DNA of 64,000 nt, from contig JAIXUP010000062.1 of assembly GCA_027483505.1 (NCBI GenBank), positions 64,724-128,723 of the forward strand, in the 5' to 3' direction. The position numbers and the translations under genes are program-made. Positions 11,397 through 22,702 of this stretch are shown piece by piece (the first letter of the stretch is position 1; each line of letters starts with the position of its first letter). The notes below the pieces were generated by a model that worked only from the letters and a program-made list of their open reading frames with translations, searched no databases and was not told where the DNA came from. The stretch is from Hyphomicrobiales bacterium (lineage in GTDB: Bacteria; Pseudomonadota; Alphaproteobacteria; Rhizobiales; Beijerinckiaceae).

Positions 11397-12131
11397 TCAG
11401 TGTGCCGCGAGGGCAGCGCGGGCGCGCACGAGATCGTCGGGCGTGTCAACCCCGCGCGGGACATGGGCGATGATGCGCGCGTCAATGCGCATGCCATCCT
11501 CGAGCGCGCGCAGTTGCTCGAGCTTCTCGCGCAATTCCAGCGGCGAAGGCGGCAGCGCCACGAAACGCTCCAGCGCGCGGCGGCGATAGGCGTAGACGCC
11601 GACATGGTGGTACAGCGGCCCGTCGCCGTAAGGGGCCGTGGCGCGGGTGAAGTAGAGCGCGCGCATGCGGCCCGGGCTGATCATGCTGCCCACCAGCTTG
11701 ACCACGCTTGGAGCCGCCCTTTCGTCCTCTTCGACAATTTCCGCTGCCAGCGTCGCGATCTGAACGGCTGGATCGGCCAGCGGCTCAATCGAGATCGCAA
11801 CGGCGCCCGCATCGATCGTCGGGAAGTCGCCCTGGAGATTGACCACGATGTCGTGCCGTCCTTCGGGGTCGAGCACGTCCGCCGCCTCCTTGATCCGGTC
11901 CGAGCCCGACTGGTGGTCGGAACGGGTCATCACCGCTCGGCCACCAACAGCCTCGACAGCGGCGACGATCTCGGCCGAATCGGTGGCCACCGCCACCGGT
12001 CCGATGCCGGCCGCGATCGCCTTGCGCCAGACTCGCACGATCATCGGCTCGCCGTTGATATCGGCCAGCGGCTTGTTGGGCAGGCGTGTGGCAGCCATGC
12101 GGGCAGGGATCAGGACAAGCGGGTCGGACAT
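11397..12131 (-). CDS. kdsB: 3-deoxy-manno-octulosonate cytidylyltransferase
   Basis: [38 protein letters not shown]. Confidence 0.95.
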   Translation of the reverse strand: MSDPLVLIPARMAATRLPNKPLADINGEPMIVRVWRKAIAAGIGPVAVATDSAEIVAAVEAVGGRAVMTRSDHQSGSDRIKEAADVLDPEGRHDIVVNLQGDFPTIDAGAVAISIEPLADPAVQIATLAAEIVEEDERAAPSVVKLVGSMISPGRMRALYFTRATAPYGDGPLYHHVGVYAYRRRALERFVALPPSPLELREKLEQLRALEDGMRIDARIIAHVPRGVDTPDDLVRARAALAAH

Positions 12132-12309
12132 CGGGGTCTAACTTTGGTCGGCGTCAAAAAGTCTCAAACGGTTACGTGCTTATAGGAGTTGCAAACACAA
12201 GCGCAAAGCGGCTAATCAGCAGGGAAATCAGGGCGGCGGTGGCCGTCCTTGGACGAAGCGCGCGTTCCGGCGGCCATCACGGCCCGGGAAGCGGCAGACG
12301 AGGGTAACG

Positions 12310-12834
12310 ATGGACTCGTTCGAACTGAACAAGATCGCTGGCGCCGTGCTGGGCGTTGCGCTGGTGGTGATGGGCCTGAACATGCTGGGAAGCATCGTCG
12401 TCAACCCGTCCAAGCCGAAGGTGGCAGGCTATGAACTCCCCGGCGGCGAAGTCGCGGCCGCTCCGGCCGCCGGCCCGGCCGCCGCTGCCGACACGCCCAT
12501 CGAAGAGCGCATGAAGGTGGCTGATGCCGGCCGCGGCGAACGTGCCGTCGGCTCATGCAAGGCCTGCCACTCCTTTGAAAACGGCGGAGCGAACAAGGTT
12601 GGCCCGAACCTGTGGAAGGTTGTGGACGGACCCAAGGCGCACATCGACGGCTTTGGCTATTCGGCTGCGCTCAGGGAGCGCAAGACCAAGGGCGAAAAGT
12701 GGGGCGTCGCGGAGCTTGACGGCTTCCTCAAGAACCCGAGGGCGTATCTCTCCGGAACGTCCATGAGCTTTGCGGGCATTGCGCGCCCCGACCAGCGCGC
12801 CGACATCATCGCCTATCTGTCATCGCTGAAATGA
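12310..12834 (+). CDS. cycM: Membrane-anchored cytochrome c (CycM-like)
   Basis: N-terminal TM helix MDSFELNKIAGAVL, CKACH heme motif, VGPNL, GTSMSFAG. Confidence 0.88.
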   Translation: MDSFELNKIAGAVLGVALVVMGLNMLGSIVVNPSKPKVAGYELPGGEVAAAPAAGPAAAADTPIEERMKVADAGRGERAVGSCKACHSFENGGANKVGPNLWKVVDGPKAHIDGFGYSAALRERKTKGEKWGVAELDGFLKNPRAYLSGTSMSFAGIARPDQRADIIAYLSSLK

Positions 12835-12870
12835 GTTTCAGTCCGGTTCCAGCGGCATCGTGATCCGAAC

Positions 12871-12896
12871 AAGCCGGGCCGAACGCCCGGCTTTTT
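12871..12896 (+). terminator. Rho-independent terminator after cytochrome c gene
   Basis: AAGCCGGGC-CGAAC-GCCCGGCTT followed by T run. Confidence 0.75.
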
Positions 12897-12996
12897 CATT
12901 TGCGGCGTCAAGGCGACTGGCAACGCAAGCGGTTCGCGACATATTGTTCAGGCGAATCAGACGCGGCGGCAACCCGACCACGACAGGAGGCGGCGC

Positions 12997-14874
12997 ATGG
13001 CACGATGGACACGGCGCGAGGCGTTGAAGGGAACAGCGGCCGCGCTCGCCCTGCCTGCGCTCGCGTCGCCGGCGCTGATCAATCCGGCTTTCGCCGAGAC
13101 CGGCTGGACAGAGACCCATGGTCTTTCGACCTTCGGCGAGCTTGGCCTGCCGGCGGATTTCAAGCACTTCGCCTATGTGAACCCCGCCGCTCCCAAGGGC
13201 GGCTTCGTCACGATCCAGCTCAGGAGCGGCGGCGGCAACCAGAGCTTCGACACCTTCAACACGCTCAACTCCTTCGTCGACAAGGGCGACGGGGTGGGCG
13301 GCACCGAACTCATCTTCGACAGCCTCGTCACCAGCCATGCTGATGAGCCGCTGACCGCCTATGGCCTGCTGGCCAAATCCATCCTGATTGCCCCGGACAA
13401 ACTGACCTACCGCTTCAAGCTGCGCGAGGAAGCCCGCTTCCATGATGGTTCGCCGCTGACAGCGGACGATGTCGTCTTCTCGATGAACATCATCAAGACC
13501 AAAGGGCACTCATCCTATCGCCTCTTGCTGCGCGAACTGGAGAGCGCCACTGCCGATGACCGTCACACGGTCACCATCAAGCTGACGCCGAAGAAAAGCC
13601 GCGACCTGCACCTGCTGGTCGGGTCGCTCAATGTCTTCTCGCGAAAGTTCTGGGAAGGGCGTGATTTCGAGGCCGCGATCCTCGAACCCATCCTTGGTTC
13701 GAGCGCCTACCGGATGGGGCGTTTCGAACAGGGGCGTTTCATGGAGTACGAGCGCGTGGCGGATTACTGGGGCAAGGATCTTCCGGTCAGCCTCGGCCTC
13801 AACAACTTCGACCGCATCCGCTACGAGTATTTCCGCGACCGCAATGTGGCCTTCGAGGCCTTCAAGGCTGGCACCATCACCTTCCAGGAAGAATACACGG
13901 CACGGCAATGGGCCACGGGCTATGACTTTCCGGCGCTGCGCGATGGGCGGGTCAAGCGCGAGGAACTGCCGCGCACCGGCACCACTGCGGCGCAAGGCTG
14001 GTACTTCAACACCCGACGGGAGATGTTCAAGGACAAGCGGGTCCGGGAAGCGATCGCCATCTGCTTCGATTTCGAGTGGACCAACAAGAACATCATGTTC
14101 GGCCTGAGGGCGCGCACGACGTCCTTCTTCGAGAAATCAGACAAGAAGGCCGAAGGGCTGCCCTCGCCGGAGGAACTGGCGCTTCTCGAACCCTTTCGGG
14201 CCACGCTCGACCCGGAGGTCTTCGCCGCGCCCTGGGTGCCGCCGGTCTCGGACGGTTCGGGCAATGACAGGACATTGCTGCGCCGCGCCAACGAACTGCT
14301 GTTGGCCGCCGGCTGCAAACGCGACGGCGCCATCATGCGCCTGCCCGACGGCAAACCTTTCGAGATCGAGTTCCTCGATTCCAACCCTGCCCTGCACCCG
14401 CACACCCAGCCCTTCATCGCCAATCTGAAGAGGCTTGGAATCGAAGGGCGCTTGCGCACGGTCGATCCGGCGCAATACCAGAACCGCACAAACGGCTTCG
14501 AGTTCGACATGGTCAGCCTGGCGCTCGGCGGCTCGCAGATCCCCGGCGACACGATGCGCCTCGTGATGGGCTCGGAAGCAGCGAAGACACCCGGCTCGCG
14601 CAACTATGCCGGCATCGCCGACCCGGCCATCGACGCGCTGCTCACCGTGATCGCCAACGCGACCTCCTACAAGGAGGTTGTCGTGGCCTGCAAGGCGCTC
14701 GACCGCGTCTTCCGCGCCGGACGCTACTGGATACCGATGTGGCATGCGCCAAGCGTGTGGCTGGCCTACTGGGACATGTATGAGCGGCCCGAGACCCAAC
14801 CGAAATTCGGTGAGGGCGCCCCTTCGACCTGGTGGTTCAACCCGGACAAGGCCCGCCGGATCGGGAGAGCGTGA
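12997..14874 (+). CDS. yejA: Peptide ABC transporter substrate-binding protein (YejA family), Tat-exported
   Basis: TRREALKG twin-arginine signal, HFAYVNPAAPKGG, NNFDRIRYEYFRD. Confidence 0.85.
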   Translation: MARWTRREALKGTAAALALPALASPALINPAFAETGWTETHGLSTFGELGLPADFKHFAYVNPAAPKGGFVTIQLRSGGGNQSFDTFNTLNSFVDKGDGVGGTELIFDSLVTSHADEPLTAYGLLAKSILIAPDKLTYRFKLREEARFHDGSPLTADDVVFSMNIIKTKGHSSYRLLLRELESATADDRHTVTIKLTPKKSRDLHLLVGSLNVFSRKFWEGRDFEAAILEPILGSSAYRMGRFEQGRFMEYERVADYWGKDLPVSLGLNNFDRIRYEYFRDRNVAFEAFKAGTITFQEEYTARQWATGYDFPALRDGRVKREELPRTGTTAAQGWYFNTRREMFKDKRVREAIAICFDFEWTNKNIMFGLRARTTSFFEKSDKKAEGLPSPEELALLEPFRATLDPEVFAAPWVPPVSDGSGNDRTLLRRANELLLAAGCKRDGAIMRLPDGKPFEIEFLDSNPALHPHTQPFIANLKRLGIEGRLRTVDPAQYQNRTNGFEFDMVSLALGGSQIPGDTMRLVMGSEAAKTPGSRNYAGIADPAIDALLTVIANATSYKEVVVACKALDRVFRAGRYWIPMWHAPSVWLAYWDMYERPETQPKFGEGAPSTWWFNPDKARRIGRA

Positions 14875-14877
14875 GGC

Positions 14878-15990
14878 ATGTTGGCCTACATCGCCCGCCG
14901 CGTGCTGCTGATGATCCCGACCCTGTTCGGCATCATGCTGATCTCGTTCGTGCTGGTGCAGTTCGCGCCGGGCGGGCCGGTCGAGCGCATGATCGCGCAG
15001 CTGCAGGGCCAGGATTCTGGCACCTCGAGCCGCCTCGGCGGCGGGGGCGGCGATGTGGCGGGCGGCGCGCCGGCGGCCGGAGCGGGAACCGGCGGGGATG
15101 TCACCTCGGCCTATCGCGGGGCGCAAGGGCTCGATCCGCAGTTCATCAAGGAACTGGAAAAGCAGTTCGGCTTCGACAAGCCGGCCCATGAGCGGTTCTT
15201 CAAGATGCTGGTGGACTACTCCACCTTCAATTTCGGCAAGAGCTATTTCCGCGATGCGCCCGTGCTGCAGCTGATCAAGGAAAAGCTGCCGGTCTCGATC
15301 TCGCTCGGGCTGTGGATCCTGATCATCGGCTACGCGGTGTCGATCCCGCTCGGCATCCGGAAAGCGGTGTCGGATGGCTCGAAATTCGATGTCTGGACCT
15401 CGGGGCTGGTGATCCTCGGCTATGCCATTCCCGGTTTCCTGTTCGCCATCCTGCTCATCGTGCTGTTCGCGGGCGGCTCGTTCTGGCAGGTCTTCCCGCT
15501 GCGCGGGCTGACCTCGGACGGCTGGAAGGATATGCCGTGGCACCGCCAGATCCTCGACTATCTCTGGCACATCACGCTGCCGGTGACGGCGATGGCGCTC
15601 GGCATCTTCGCCACCAAGACGCTGCTGACCAAGAACTCGTTCCTCGATGAAATCCGCAAGCAGTATGTGCTGACCGCGCGCATGAAGGGGCTGAGCGAGA
15701 CCGGCGTGCTCTACGGCCATGTCTTCCGCAACGCGATGATGATCATCGTGGCGGGCTTTCCGGGCGCGTTCGTCGGCGCGCTGTTCACGGGCTCCCTGCT
15801 GATCGAGACGATCTTCTCGCTCGACGGGCTCGGGCTCCTGTCGTTCGAAGCCATCGTCAACCGCGATTATCCCGTGGTGTTCGCGACTCTGTTCATCTTC
15901 TCGCTGGTTGGGCTGGTGGTCCATCTCATCTCCGACCTCATGTACACCTGGATCGATCCGCGCATCGACTTCGAGACGCGGGAGACCTGA
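14878..15990 (+). CDS. yejB: Peptide ABC transporter permease
   Basis: [36 protein letters not shown]. Confidence 0.9.
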   Translation: MLAYIARRVLLMIPTLFGIMLISFVLVQFAPGGPVERMIAQLQGQDSGTSSRLGGGGGDVAGGAPAAGAGTGGDVTSAYRGAQGLDPQFIKELEKQFGFDKPAHERFFKMLVDYSTFNFGKSYFRDAPVLQLIKEKLPVSISLGLWILIIGYAVSIPLGIRKAVSDGSKFDVWTSGLVILGYAIPGFLFAILLIVLFAGGSFWQVFPLRGLTSDGWKDMPWHRQILDYLWHITLPVTAMALGIFATKTLLTKNSFLDEIRKQYVLTARMKGLSETGVLYGHVFRNAMMIIVAGFPGAFVGALFTGSLLIETIFSLDGLGLLSFEAIVNRDYPVVFATLFIFSLVGLVVHLISDLMYTWIDPRIDFETRET

Positions 15991-17138
15991 TGATGGATGC
16001 GATTGTCTCCTCGGCGAACGTCATTCCGCCGCCTCCGCCGAAGCGGCCCTTCCTGACGCCGATCAACCAGCGACGGCTGTCGAACTTCACTGCCAATCGC
16101 CGTGGCTACTGGTCGCTGGTGATCTTCATGGCGCTGTTCGTGCTGTGCCTGTTTGCCGAACTGATCGCCAATGACCGCCCGATCTTCGTCAAGTACAAGG
16201 GCGAGTTCCTGATCCCGATCGCCGTCGATTATCCGGAAGAGAAATTCGGCGGCTTCCTCGCCCGCACCGACTACCGCGACCCGGTGATCCAGAAGGAAAT
16301 CGCCGCGCATGGCTTCGCCATCTGGCCTCTGATCCGCTTCAGCTATTCGACCCACAATCTCGACCTGCCGGTGCCCGCCCCTGCCCCCCCGACCTGGCTG
16401 CTGAAGGACGAGCAATGCAAGGTGCAGGCGCAGAAAGCGGGCGGCAGCACCTGCCGCGACATTGAGTGGAACTGGCTCGGCACCGATGACCAGGGCCGCG
16501 ATGTGGTGGCGCGGCTGATCTATGGCTTCCGGCTCTCGGTCCTGTTCGGCCTGACGCTGGCGATCATCTCATCCGTCATCGGCATCGCGGCCGGCGCGGT
16601 GCAGGGCTATTTCGGCGGCTGGACGGACCTGATCTTCCAGCGCGTGATCGAAATCTGGACCTCAATCCCGTCGCTTTATCTCCTGATCATCATCTCGTCG
16701 GTGATCACGCCAAGCTTCTGGGTGCTGCTGGGCATCCTTCTGCTGTTCTCATGGGTGGCGTTGGTCGGCGTGGTGCGCGCCGAATTCCTGCGGGCCCGCA
16801 ATTTCGAGTACGTCCGCGCCGCCCGCGCGCTCGGCCTCTCCAGCTCAAAGATCATGGTCAAGCACCTGTTGCCCAACGCCATGGTGGCGACACTGACCTT
16901 CATGCCCTTCGTGCTCAACGGCTCGATCACGACGCTGACCTCGCTCGATTTCCTCGGCTTCGGCCTGCCCCCCGGCTCACCCTCGCTGGGCGAGTTGCTG
17001 GCGCAGGGCAAGAACAACCTGCAGGCGCCATGGCTCGGCCTTGCGGGCTTCCTGGTGATCTCGCTGATGCTGTCACTGCTGGTCTTCATCGGCGAGGCGG
17101 TGAGGGATGCGTTTGACCCGAGGAAGACGTTCGCGTGA
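15990..17138 (+). CDS. yejE: Peptide ABC transporter permease
   Basis: NRRGYWSL, LGTDDQGRDV, EFLRARNFEYVRAARALG. Confidence 0.9.
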   Translation: MMDAIVSSANVIPPPPPKRPFLTPINQRRLSNFTANRRGYWSLVIFMALFVLCLFAELIANDRPIFVKYKGEFLIPIAVDYPEEKFGGFLARTDYRDPVIQKEIAAHGFAIWPLIRFSYSTHNLDLPVPAPAPPTWLLKDEQCKVQAQKAGGSTCRDIEWNWLGTDDQGRDVVARLIYGFRLSVLFGLTLAIISSVIGIAAGAVQGYFGGWTDLIFQRVIEIWTSIPSLYLLIIISSVITPSFWVLLGILLLFSWVALVGVVRAEFLRARNFEYVRAARALGLSSSKIMVKHLLPNAMVATLTFMPFVLNGSITTLTSLDFLGFGLPPGSPSLGELLAQGKNNLQAPWLGLAGFLVISLMLSLLVFIGEAVRDAFDPRKTFA

Positions 17139-18766
17139 CCTCCCCCCTCCTCGCCGTCGAAAACCTCTCCGTCGCCTTCAGCCAGGGCGGCCAAAACACG
17201 CTCGCGGTCGACGACGTGTCATTCACCCTCCAGCCCGGCGAGACGCTGGCGCTGGTGGGCGAGTCGGGTTCCGGCAAGTCCGTCACCGCCCTGTCGATCC
17301 TCAAGCTGCTGCAGTATCCCTCGGCCTCGCATCCTTCAGGCCGCGTGATGTTCATGGGCCGGGATTTGCTCAGCGCCAGCGAGGACGAGCTCAGGCAGGT
17401 GCGCGGCAATGACATCACCATGGTGTTCCAGGAGCCGATGACCTCGCTCAACCCGCTGCATACCATCGAGAAGCAGATCGGCGAGATACTGGCCCTGCAC
17501 AAGGGCCTGACCGGCGAGACTGCCCGCAAGCGCACGCTGGAACTGCTCGACCTTGTCGGCATCAGGAATGCTGCCGAGCGGCTCGACGCCTATCCGCACC
17601 AACTCTCCGGCGGACAGCGCCAGCGCGTGATGATCGCCATGGCGCTGGCCAACGAGCCCAAGCTGCTGATCGCGGATGAGCCGACCACGGCGCTCGATGT
17701 CACCGTCCAGGCGCAAATCCTCAAGCTGCTCAAGGAGCTGCAGCAGCGGCTCGGCATGGCCATGCTGTTCATCACCCATGACCTTGGCATCGTGCGCCGC
17801 ATCGCAACCCGGGTCTGCGTGATGCTGAAGGGCAGAATCGTCGAGGAGGGCAAGGTCGCCGAGGTGTTTGCCACGCCGCAGCATGCCTACACCCAGCGTC
17901 TGCTGGCGGCGGAGCCGAAGGGCAAGCCGAAGCCGATACCGCCGGATGCGAAGACCATTCTCGAAGCCGGCCCGCTGAAAATCTGGTTCCCGATCAAGAA
18001 GGGTTTCCTGCGCTCCACGGTCGGCCATGTGAAGGCGGTCGACGGCGTCTCGATCACCATCCGTGAAGGCGAAACCGTCGGCGTGGTTGGGGAATCCGGC
18101 TCCGGCAAGACCACGCTCGGCCTCGCCATCCTGCGCCTGATCTCCTCCGAAGGACCGATCGTGTTCCTGGGCGAGAACATCAACGGGCTCAAATCCGCCG
18201 CGATGCGCCCAAAGCGCCGCGCGATGCAGGTCGTCTTCCAGGACCCTTACGGGTCGCTCTCGCCTCGCCTGTCGGTTGCCGGCATCGTCGAGGAAGGCCT
18301 GCTGGTGCAGGACAAGGGGCTGACCTACGAGGAGCGCCGCGCCGTCGTCGCGCGGGCCCTGACGGATGTCGGGCTCGACCCCGCCGCAATGGACCGCTAC
18401 CCGCACGAGTTCTCCGGCGGCCAGCGCCAGCGGATCGCCATCGCCCGCGCCATGGCGCTCGACCCCGGCTTCGTGGTGCTGGACGAGCCGACCTCGGCGC
18501 TCGACATGTCGGTGCAGGCGCAGATCGTCGACCTGCTGCGCGACCTGCAGGACAGGCGCGGGCTCGCCTACATGTTCATCAGCCATGACCTCAAGGTGGT
18601 GCGCGCGCTCTCGCACCGCGTGCTGGTGATGCAGAACGGCAAGGTGGTCGAAGAGGGCGAGGGTGAGGCGATCTTCGCCGCGCCGCAGACCGACTACACC
18701 AAGGCGTTGTTCGCCGCCGCTTTCAACCTCGACGCACACGGGGCTGCACACGCGGTGCGGGAATAG
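17135..18766 (+). CDS. yejF: Peptide ABC transporter ATP-binding protein, two ATPase domains
   Basis: Two Walker A motifs ([16 protein letters not shown]) and two SGGQRQR signatures. Confidence 0.9.
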   Translation: MTSPLLAVENLSVAFSQGGQNTLAVDDVSFTLQPGETLALVGESGSGKSVTALSILKLLQYPSASHPSGRVMFMGRDLLSASEDELRQVRGNDITMVFQEPMTSLNPLHTIEKQIGEILALHKGLTGETARKRTLELLDLVGIRNAAERLDAYPHQLSGGQRQRVMIAMALANEPKLLIADEPTTALDVTVQAQILKLLKELQQRLGMAMLFITHDLGIVRRIATRVCVMLKGRIVEEGKVAEVFATPQHAYTQRLLAAEPKGKPKPIPPDAKTILEAGPLKIWFPIKKGFLRSTVGHVKAVDGVSITIREGETVGVVGESGSGKTTLGLAILRLISSEGPIVFLGENINGLKSAAMRPKRRAMQVVFQDPYGSLSPRLSVAGIVEEGLLVQDKGLTYEERRAVVARALTDVGLDPAAMDRYPHEFSGGQRQRIAIARAMALDPGFVVLDEPTSALDMSVQAQIVDLLRDLQDRRGLAYMFISHDLKVVRALSHRVLVMQNGKVVEEGEGEAIFAAPQTDYTKALFAAAFNLDAHGAAHAVRE

Positions 18767-18769
18767 GCC

Positions 18770-19990
18770 ATGCCGCGCGCCATGATCATCGTGCTCGACT
18801 CGGTCGGCTGCGGCGCGTCCGCCGATGCCGCCGATTATGGCGACGCGGGCGCGAACACTCTTGGCCACATCGCCGAACACTGCGCGGCAGGCAAGGCGGA
18901 CAGGGCCGGGCTTAGGTCAGGACCGCTGAACGTGCCGAACATGGCGGCGCTCGGCCTCAGCGGCGCGCACCTCGCCTCCACCGGTGCCCCGCTGGCGGGC
19001 GTGCCGGTGCCGGACAAACCGGCTGGGGAGTATGGCTGCGCCCTCGAGATCAGCCAGGGCAAGGACACCCCCTCCGGCCATTGGGAGATCGCCGGCTGCC
19101 CGGTGCCGTTCAAATGGGGTTACTTCCGCGACAGGGACAACAGCTTTCCGCCCGATCTCGTGGCTGGCATCCTCCGCGAGGGCGGGGTTCCCGGCATTCT
19201 AGGCAATTGCCACGCGTCCGGAACCACGATCATCGACGAACACGCCGCCGAGCACATGCGGACGGGCAAGCCGATCTGCTACACCTCGGTCGACAGCGTG
19301 CTGCAGATCGCCGCGCATGAAGCCACCTTCGGTTTGAAACGCCTCTACGAGCTGTGCAAGACCGTGCGGATCCTGGTCGATCCGCTCAACATCGGACGCG
19401 TCATCGCGCGACCCTTCATCGGCTCGCCGGAAGCAGGGTTCCAGCGGACGCCCAACCGCAAGGATTTCGCGGTCGCCCCGCCAAACGTCACGATCCTCGA
19501 CAGGGCGCACGAGGCCGGCCGCGCCATCGTCACCATCGGCAAGATCGGCGACATCTTCGCCCATCGCAACACCCAGACCGAGCGCAAGGCCGTCAGCAAC
19601 GACACGCATTTCACGATGGCGGTCGAGACCATGCGAGAGATGCCGGATGGCGGCTTCGCCTTCGTCAATCTCGTCGACTTCGACACCGAATTTGGCCACC
19701 GCCGCGATGTGCCCGGCTATGCGGCGGCGCTGGAAGCCTTCGATCGGCGGCTGCCGGAACTGCAGGCGGCGCTGAAACCCGGCGACCTTGTCCTGATCAC
19801 GGCCGACCACGGCAATGATCCGAGCTGGCCGGGCACCGACCACACGCGGGAGCATGTGCCGATCCTTGCCTTCGGGCCCGGCATCGCCGGCAAGGCCATC
19901 GGCAAACGGGCCAGCTTCGCCGACATCGGCCAGCGTGCCGCAAGCCATCTTGGCCTTGCCGCGCTGCCAGCCGGGACAAGCTGGAGATGA
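18770..19990 (+). CDS. deoB: Phosphopentomutase
   Basis: [56 protein letters not shown]. Confidence 0.93.
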   Translation: MPRAMIIVLDSVGCGASADAADYGDAGANTLGHIAEHCAAGKADRAGLRSGPLNVPNMAALGLSGAHLASTGAPLAGVPVPDKPAGEYGCALEISQGKDTPSGHWEIAGCPVPFKWGYFRDRDNSFPPDLVAGILREGGVPGILGNCHASGTTIIDEHAAEHMRTGKPICYTSVDSVLQIAAHEATFGLKRLYELCKTVRILVDPLNIGRVIARPFIGSPEAGFQRTPNRKDFAVAPPNVTILDRAHEAGRAIVTIGKIGDIFAHRNTQTERKAVSNDTHFTMAVETMREMPDGGFAFVNLVDFDTEFGHRRDVPGYAAALEAFDRRLPELQAALKPGDLVLITADHGNDPSWPGTDHTREHVPILAFGPGIAGKAIGKRASFADIGQRAASHLGLAALPAGTSWR

Positions 19991-20077
19991 TGGGTTGATT
20001 TGGTAACCCCCATCGTCTATCCAGCCGCTGCTGACGGTTGTTCGCGTGTCTCTTGCGTTCGATCAACCCTGTGCGGC

Positions 20078-20152
20078 GCTGCGGTAGCTCAGTGGTAGAG
20101 CACACCATTGGTAATGGTGAGGTCGAGAGTTCAATCCTCTCTCGCAGCACCA
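20078..20152 (+). tRNA. tRNA-Thr(GGT)
   Basis: 75 nt cloverleaf: acceptor GCTGCGG/TCGCAGC, anticodon arm CACCA-TTGGTAA-TGGTG, GTTCAAT T-loop, encoded 3' CCA. Confidence 0.97.
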
Positions 20153-20306
20153 GCCACTCGCATGGGAACCGATGATGTTCCGGTTCTGGCAGAGAAGGCT
20201 GGCGACTTCCGGGGTTTAGGCAAAGGCCCCGCACGCAGAGAGAGCCAAAAGCAGAGAGTTTCGGACGCTTCCTGGGACCGCATTGAGGGCAATTCTCGGT
20301 ACTCAA
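20147..20306 (+). repeat. Left copy of ~160 bp diverged direct repeat
   Basis: Hand alignment to 28218-28376: 99/130 identical without gaps over the first 130 nt, then one 1 nt indel. Confidence 0.85.
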
Positions 20307-20569
20307 GTGGGTGTTTTCCTACTGTGCCCGGTGCGCGAACCAGAGAGCGGTTCGAGTTTCCGCAGAGATTGGTTTGAATGTCAGGGATGCTGACGTTGCC
20401 CCCGCTTCCGGCTTCCGGTTTTTCAGCATTCGCCGCCTCACAGGCTAGAAGGCGACCACCAATCGGCAACCGGCATTTTCGATCATTCTGGGAAATGTTC
20501 CGCTTGGAATGCGGTCCGTTACAATGGACGCGCACTCGTCCAACTTCCCGAGAACGAACGTTGCGACAC

Positions 20570-20950
20570 GGGAGAACTTCGTGTGGTCGGCAAGCAAGAC
20601 AGGGTGTCTCGAATTGAGCAGCATGGCTCCGGGAACCCTGTTCCTGTTGCCGTGGCTGATCATGTTCACCAAGCTCGTGCTTGTGGGAAGCCATCTCGAG
20701 CTGATCCTCACGCACGCCGCGATCACCTTGCCGGTCGTGATCTGGGTGCTGCTGCCATACATGGATGCTTTGCCGCGCGAACTGGTCGAATCTGCGCAGA
20801 TTGATGGTGCCCGGCAGGACCAGATCCTTCGGCTGGTCGCGATTCCCATCGTTTCAGGCGGGATGGTCGTTGCGGCGATCCTGAGCTTCGTCTTTTCTTG
20901 GAACTATTTTATCTTCGCCCTCGTCCTGTCAGACATCAGGACCAAGACGG
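20570..20950 (+). pseudogene. Fragment of carbohydrate ABC permease (MalG-like)
   Basis: MAPGTLFLLPW...LPRELVESAQIDGA (EAA loop)...SFVFSWNYFIFALVL; lacks N-terminus and ends abruptly after RTKT; boundaries approximate. Confidence 0.75.
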
Positions 20951-21332
20951 CGATTGTTGCCAGCACGGCAACAGGCCTTCTGTCCTGTGACGCAGCATCG
21001 ATAACTGTCTGCGCCATGTGGATGATCGGCACCTTTGCCGAAGCAGCAAGCTGATCATACCAGGCATGCGCCGTGTTGCAGGCAATGGCGATCGCCTCGA
21101 CACCCGCCTGCTCCAGCGTCCTTATTCCGGTGAGCATGGCCGGCAATGGTTCATCGGTTCCGGCAATAGCTGCGCCAACCCGGTCAGGAATCTGCGGAAC
21201 AGAATAGACAATCAGGGGAACGTGATCCTGTTCGTGTTCAGCAGGTGTCGTCTCCATCACCTTCTGCATGACGTCAACTGTGGCCAGAGGGCCCATGCCG
21301 CCCATTATCCCGATCAGTCAGCGCCTCGCCAT
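20950..21332 (-). pseudogene. Aspartate/glutamate racemase family pseudogene
   Basis: MARR*LIGIMGGMGPLAT (in-frame TGA at 21318-21320), IACNTAHAW; truncated after PVAVLAT, so the second catalytic half is missing. Confidence 0.8.
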
Positions 21333-21382
21333 GCAGTTAGTCCTTTGCAGATCGAATGCGGCATCGCCGGCCGGGACCAATG

Positions 21383-22702
21383 TCAGCGGCTGACACCCCG
21401 AGAAACCTGCTCCGCAAAATCCAGCAACCTGGCGTCTGCACCATGCCAGGACATCAGCTGTAAACCTGTGGGCAAGCCCGTCGAGGTGATGCCGTTCGGA
21501 ATGCTGATCCCGCAAAGATCAAGGTAATTCCCTGCTCTGGTGTAACGGGACATCGGGATCGTCGATTCATCGACCGTGTTGACGGGGACTGCTGGCAGAG
21601 GCGTGCTCGGCAGGGCGATGATGTCGAAGCGGGCCCAACCTGACCTGAATTCAGCAATCGCTGCCACACGATCCTGCACGAGCGCCGCGTAACGTGCATC
21701 ATCGATGTCGCGTCCGGCCAGAATGCGTTGGCGGACATGAGGATCCAGCGGCGTTGCAGGGTCCTCGGCGAGTGCTTTATGCTGGCGATAGGCATCATGG
21801 GCAACGATGCTGCCGTTGAGCGCCTGATACGCGGTCATCTCCCTGGGGAAAGAGAATATTTCGACCGTATGGCCAGCCGAGCGCATGGCCTCAATCGATC
21901 GTTCGAAGTTCGCAAGCACCTCAGGGTCGCAAGGCGCAAGCTGATCGGCGGCGGGCACACCGACATGCAGCGAGTTTCCGCTTACCATTTCCGGCACAGG
22001 CAGTCCAGCCATCACGCAGAACAGCAGCCGTGCATCCGCGACGGTTTGTGTGATCGGGCCGAGCGTATCGAAAGCCGGGCCAAGGGGGGCAATACCTTCC
22101 AGCGGGATTCGGTCAAAGCTCGGCTTGAACCCTACAATCCCGCACAGCGACGCCGGAATGCGGATTGATCCCCCGGTATCGGAGCCGATGGCTGCGGGCA
22201 CCAATCCGGCAGCAACAGCGACCGCAGACCCGCTGCTTGATCCGCCGGGCACGCGATGCACGTCACGATCGACCGGGTTCCATGGCGTGCCCATCGCATG
22301 GTTGGTTCCCCAGCCGCCGATGGCGAACTCCACCATCTGTGTCATGCCGATGATGACAGCCCCCGCGTCAATGAGGCGCTGGATGGCCCGGGCGGTCATT
22401 GCGCCTCGCTGCGGCGGATAGCACTTCGACCCAAACCCCGGTGATCGATCCCCGATTTGCGCGAGGTCTTTGACAGCGATCGGCACGCCGTGCAGGGGGC
22501 CAACAGGACCACGCTGCGCTGCAACCCGATCCAGCTCTTCGGCCCGCCGTATCGCGCCTTCAGCAAAAACCTCGACGAAAGCGTGCAGTTTGCCGTTCTC
22601 TGCGTTGATCGCTTCGAGACAACGCCGCACGACCGAAAGGGCTGATAGCTGGCCACTCGCAATCTGGCGCTCGATGTCCTTCATGGAAAAGTCCAAGCCC
22701 AC
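21383..22702 (-). CDS. Amidase signature family protein
   Basis: GVPIAVKD, PGGSSSGSA, GSDTGGSIRIPASLCG (Lys-cisSer-Ser triad motifs); GTG 22702 or ATG 22684 start. Confidence 0.92.
   Translation of the reverse strand: MGLDFSMKDIERQIASGQLSALSVVRRCLEAINAENGKLHAFVEVFAEGAIRRAEELDRVAAQRGPVGPLHGVPIAVKDLAQIGDRSPGFGSKCYPPQRGAMTARAIQRLIDAGAVIIGMTQMVEFAIGGWGTNHAMGTPWNPVDRDVHRVPGGSSSGSAVAVAAGLVPAAIGSDTGGSIRIPASLCGIVGFKPSFDRIPLEGIAPLGPAFDTLGPITQTVADARLLFCVMAGLPVPEMVSGNSLHVGVPAADQLAPCDPEVLANFERSIEAMRSAGHTVEIFSFPREMTAYQALNGSIVAHDAYRQHKALAEDPATPLDPHVRQRILAGRDIDDARYAALVQDRVAAIAEFRSGWARFDIIALPSTPLPAVPVNTVDESTIPMSRYTRAGNYLDLCGISIPNGITSTGLPTGLQLMSWHGADARLLDFAEQVSRGVSR

Noticed and set aside
14137-18880. Long minus-strand ORFs (595 aa, 514 aa) opposite yejABEF, and similar antisense ORFs across the window
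   Set aside because: In-register antisense shadows of well-supported genes, with no RBS or domain evidence
20131-20715. ORFs of 79-194 aa overlapping the tRNA and left boundary repeat
   Set aside because: They overlap the tRNA/repeat and lack protein-like motifs; only the permease fragment is supported
21318-21320. In-frame TGA in the racemase as possible selenocysteine or readthrough
   Set aside because: At a non-catalytic N-terminal position in a gene that is also truncated; simple pseudogenisation is sufficient
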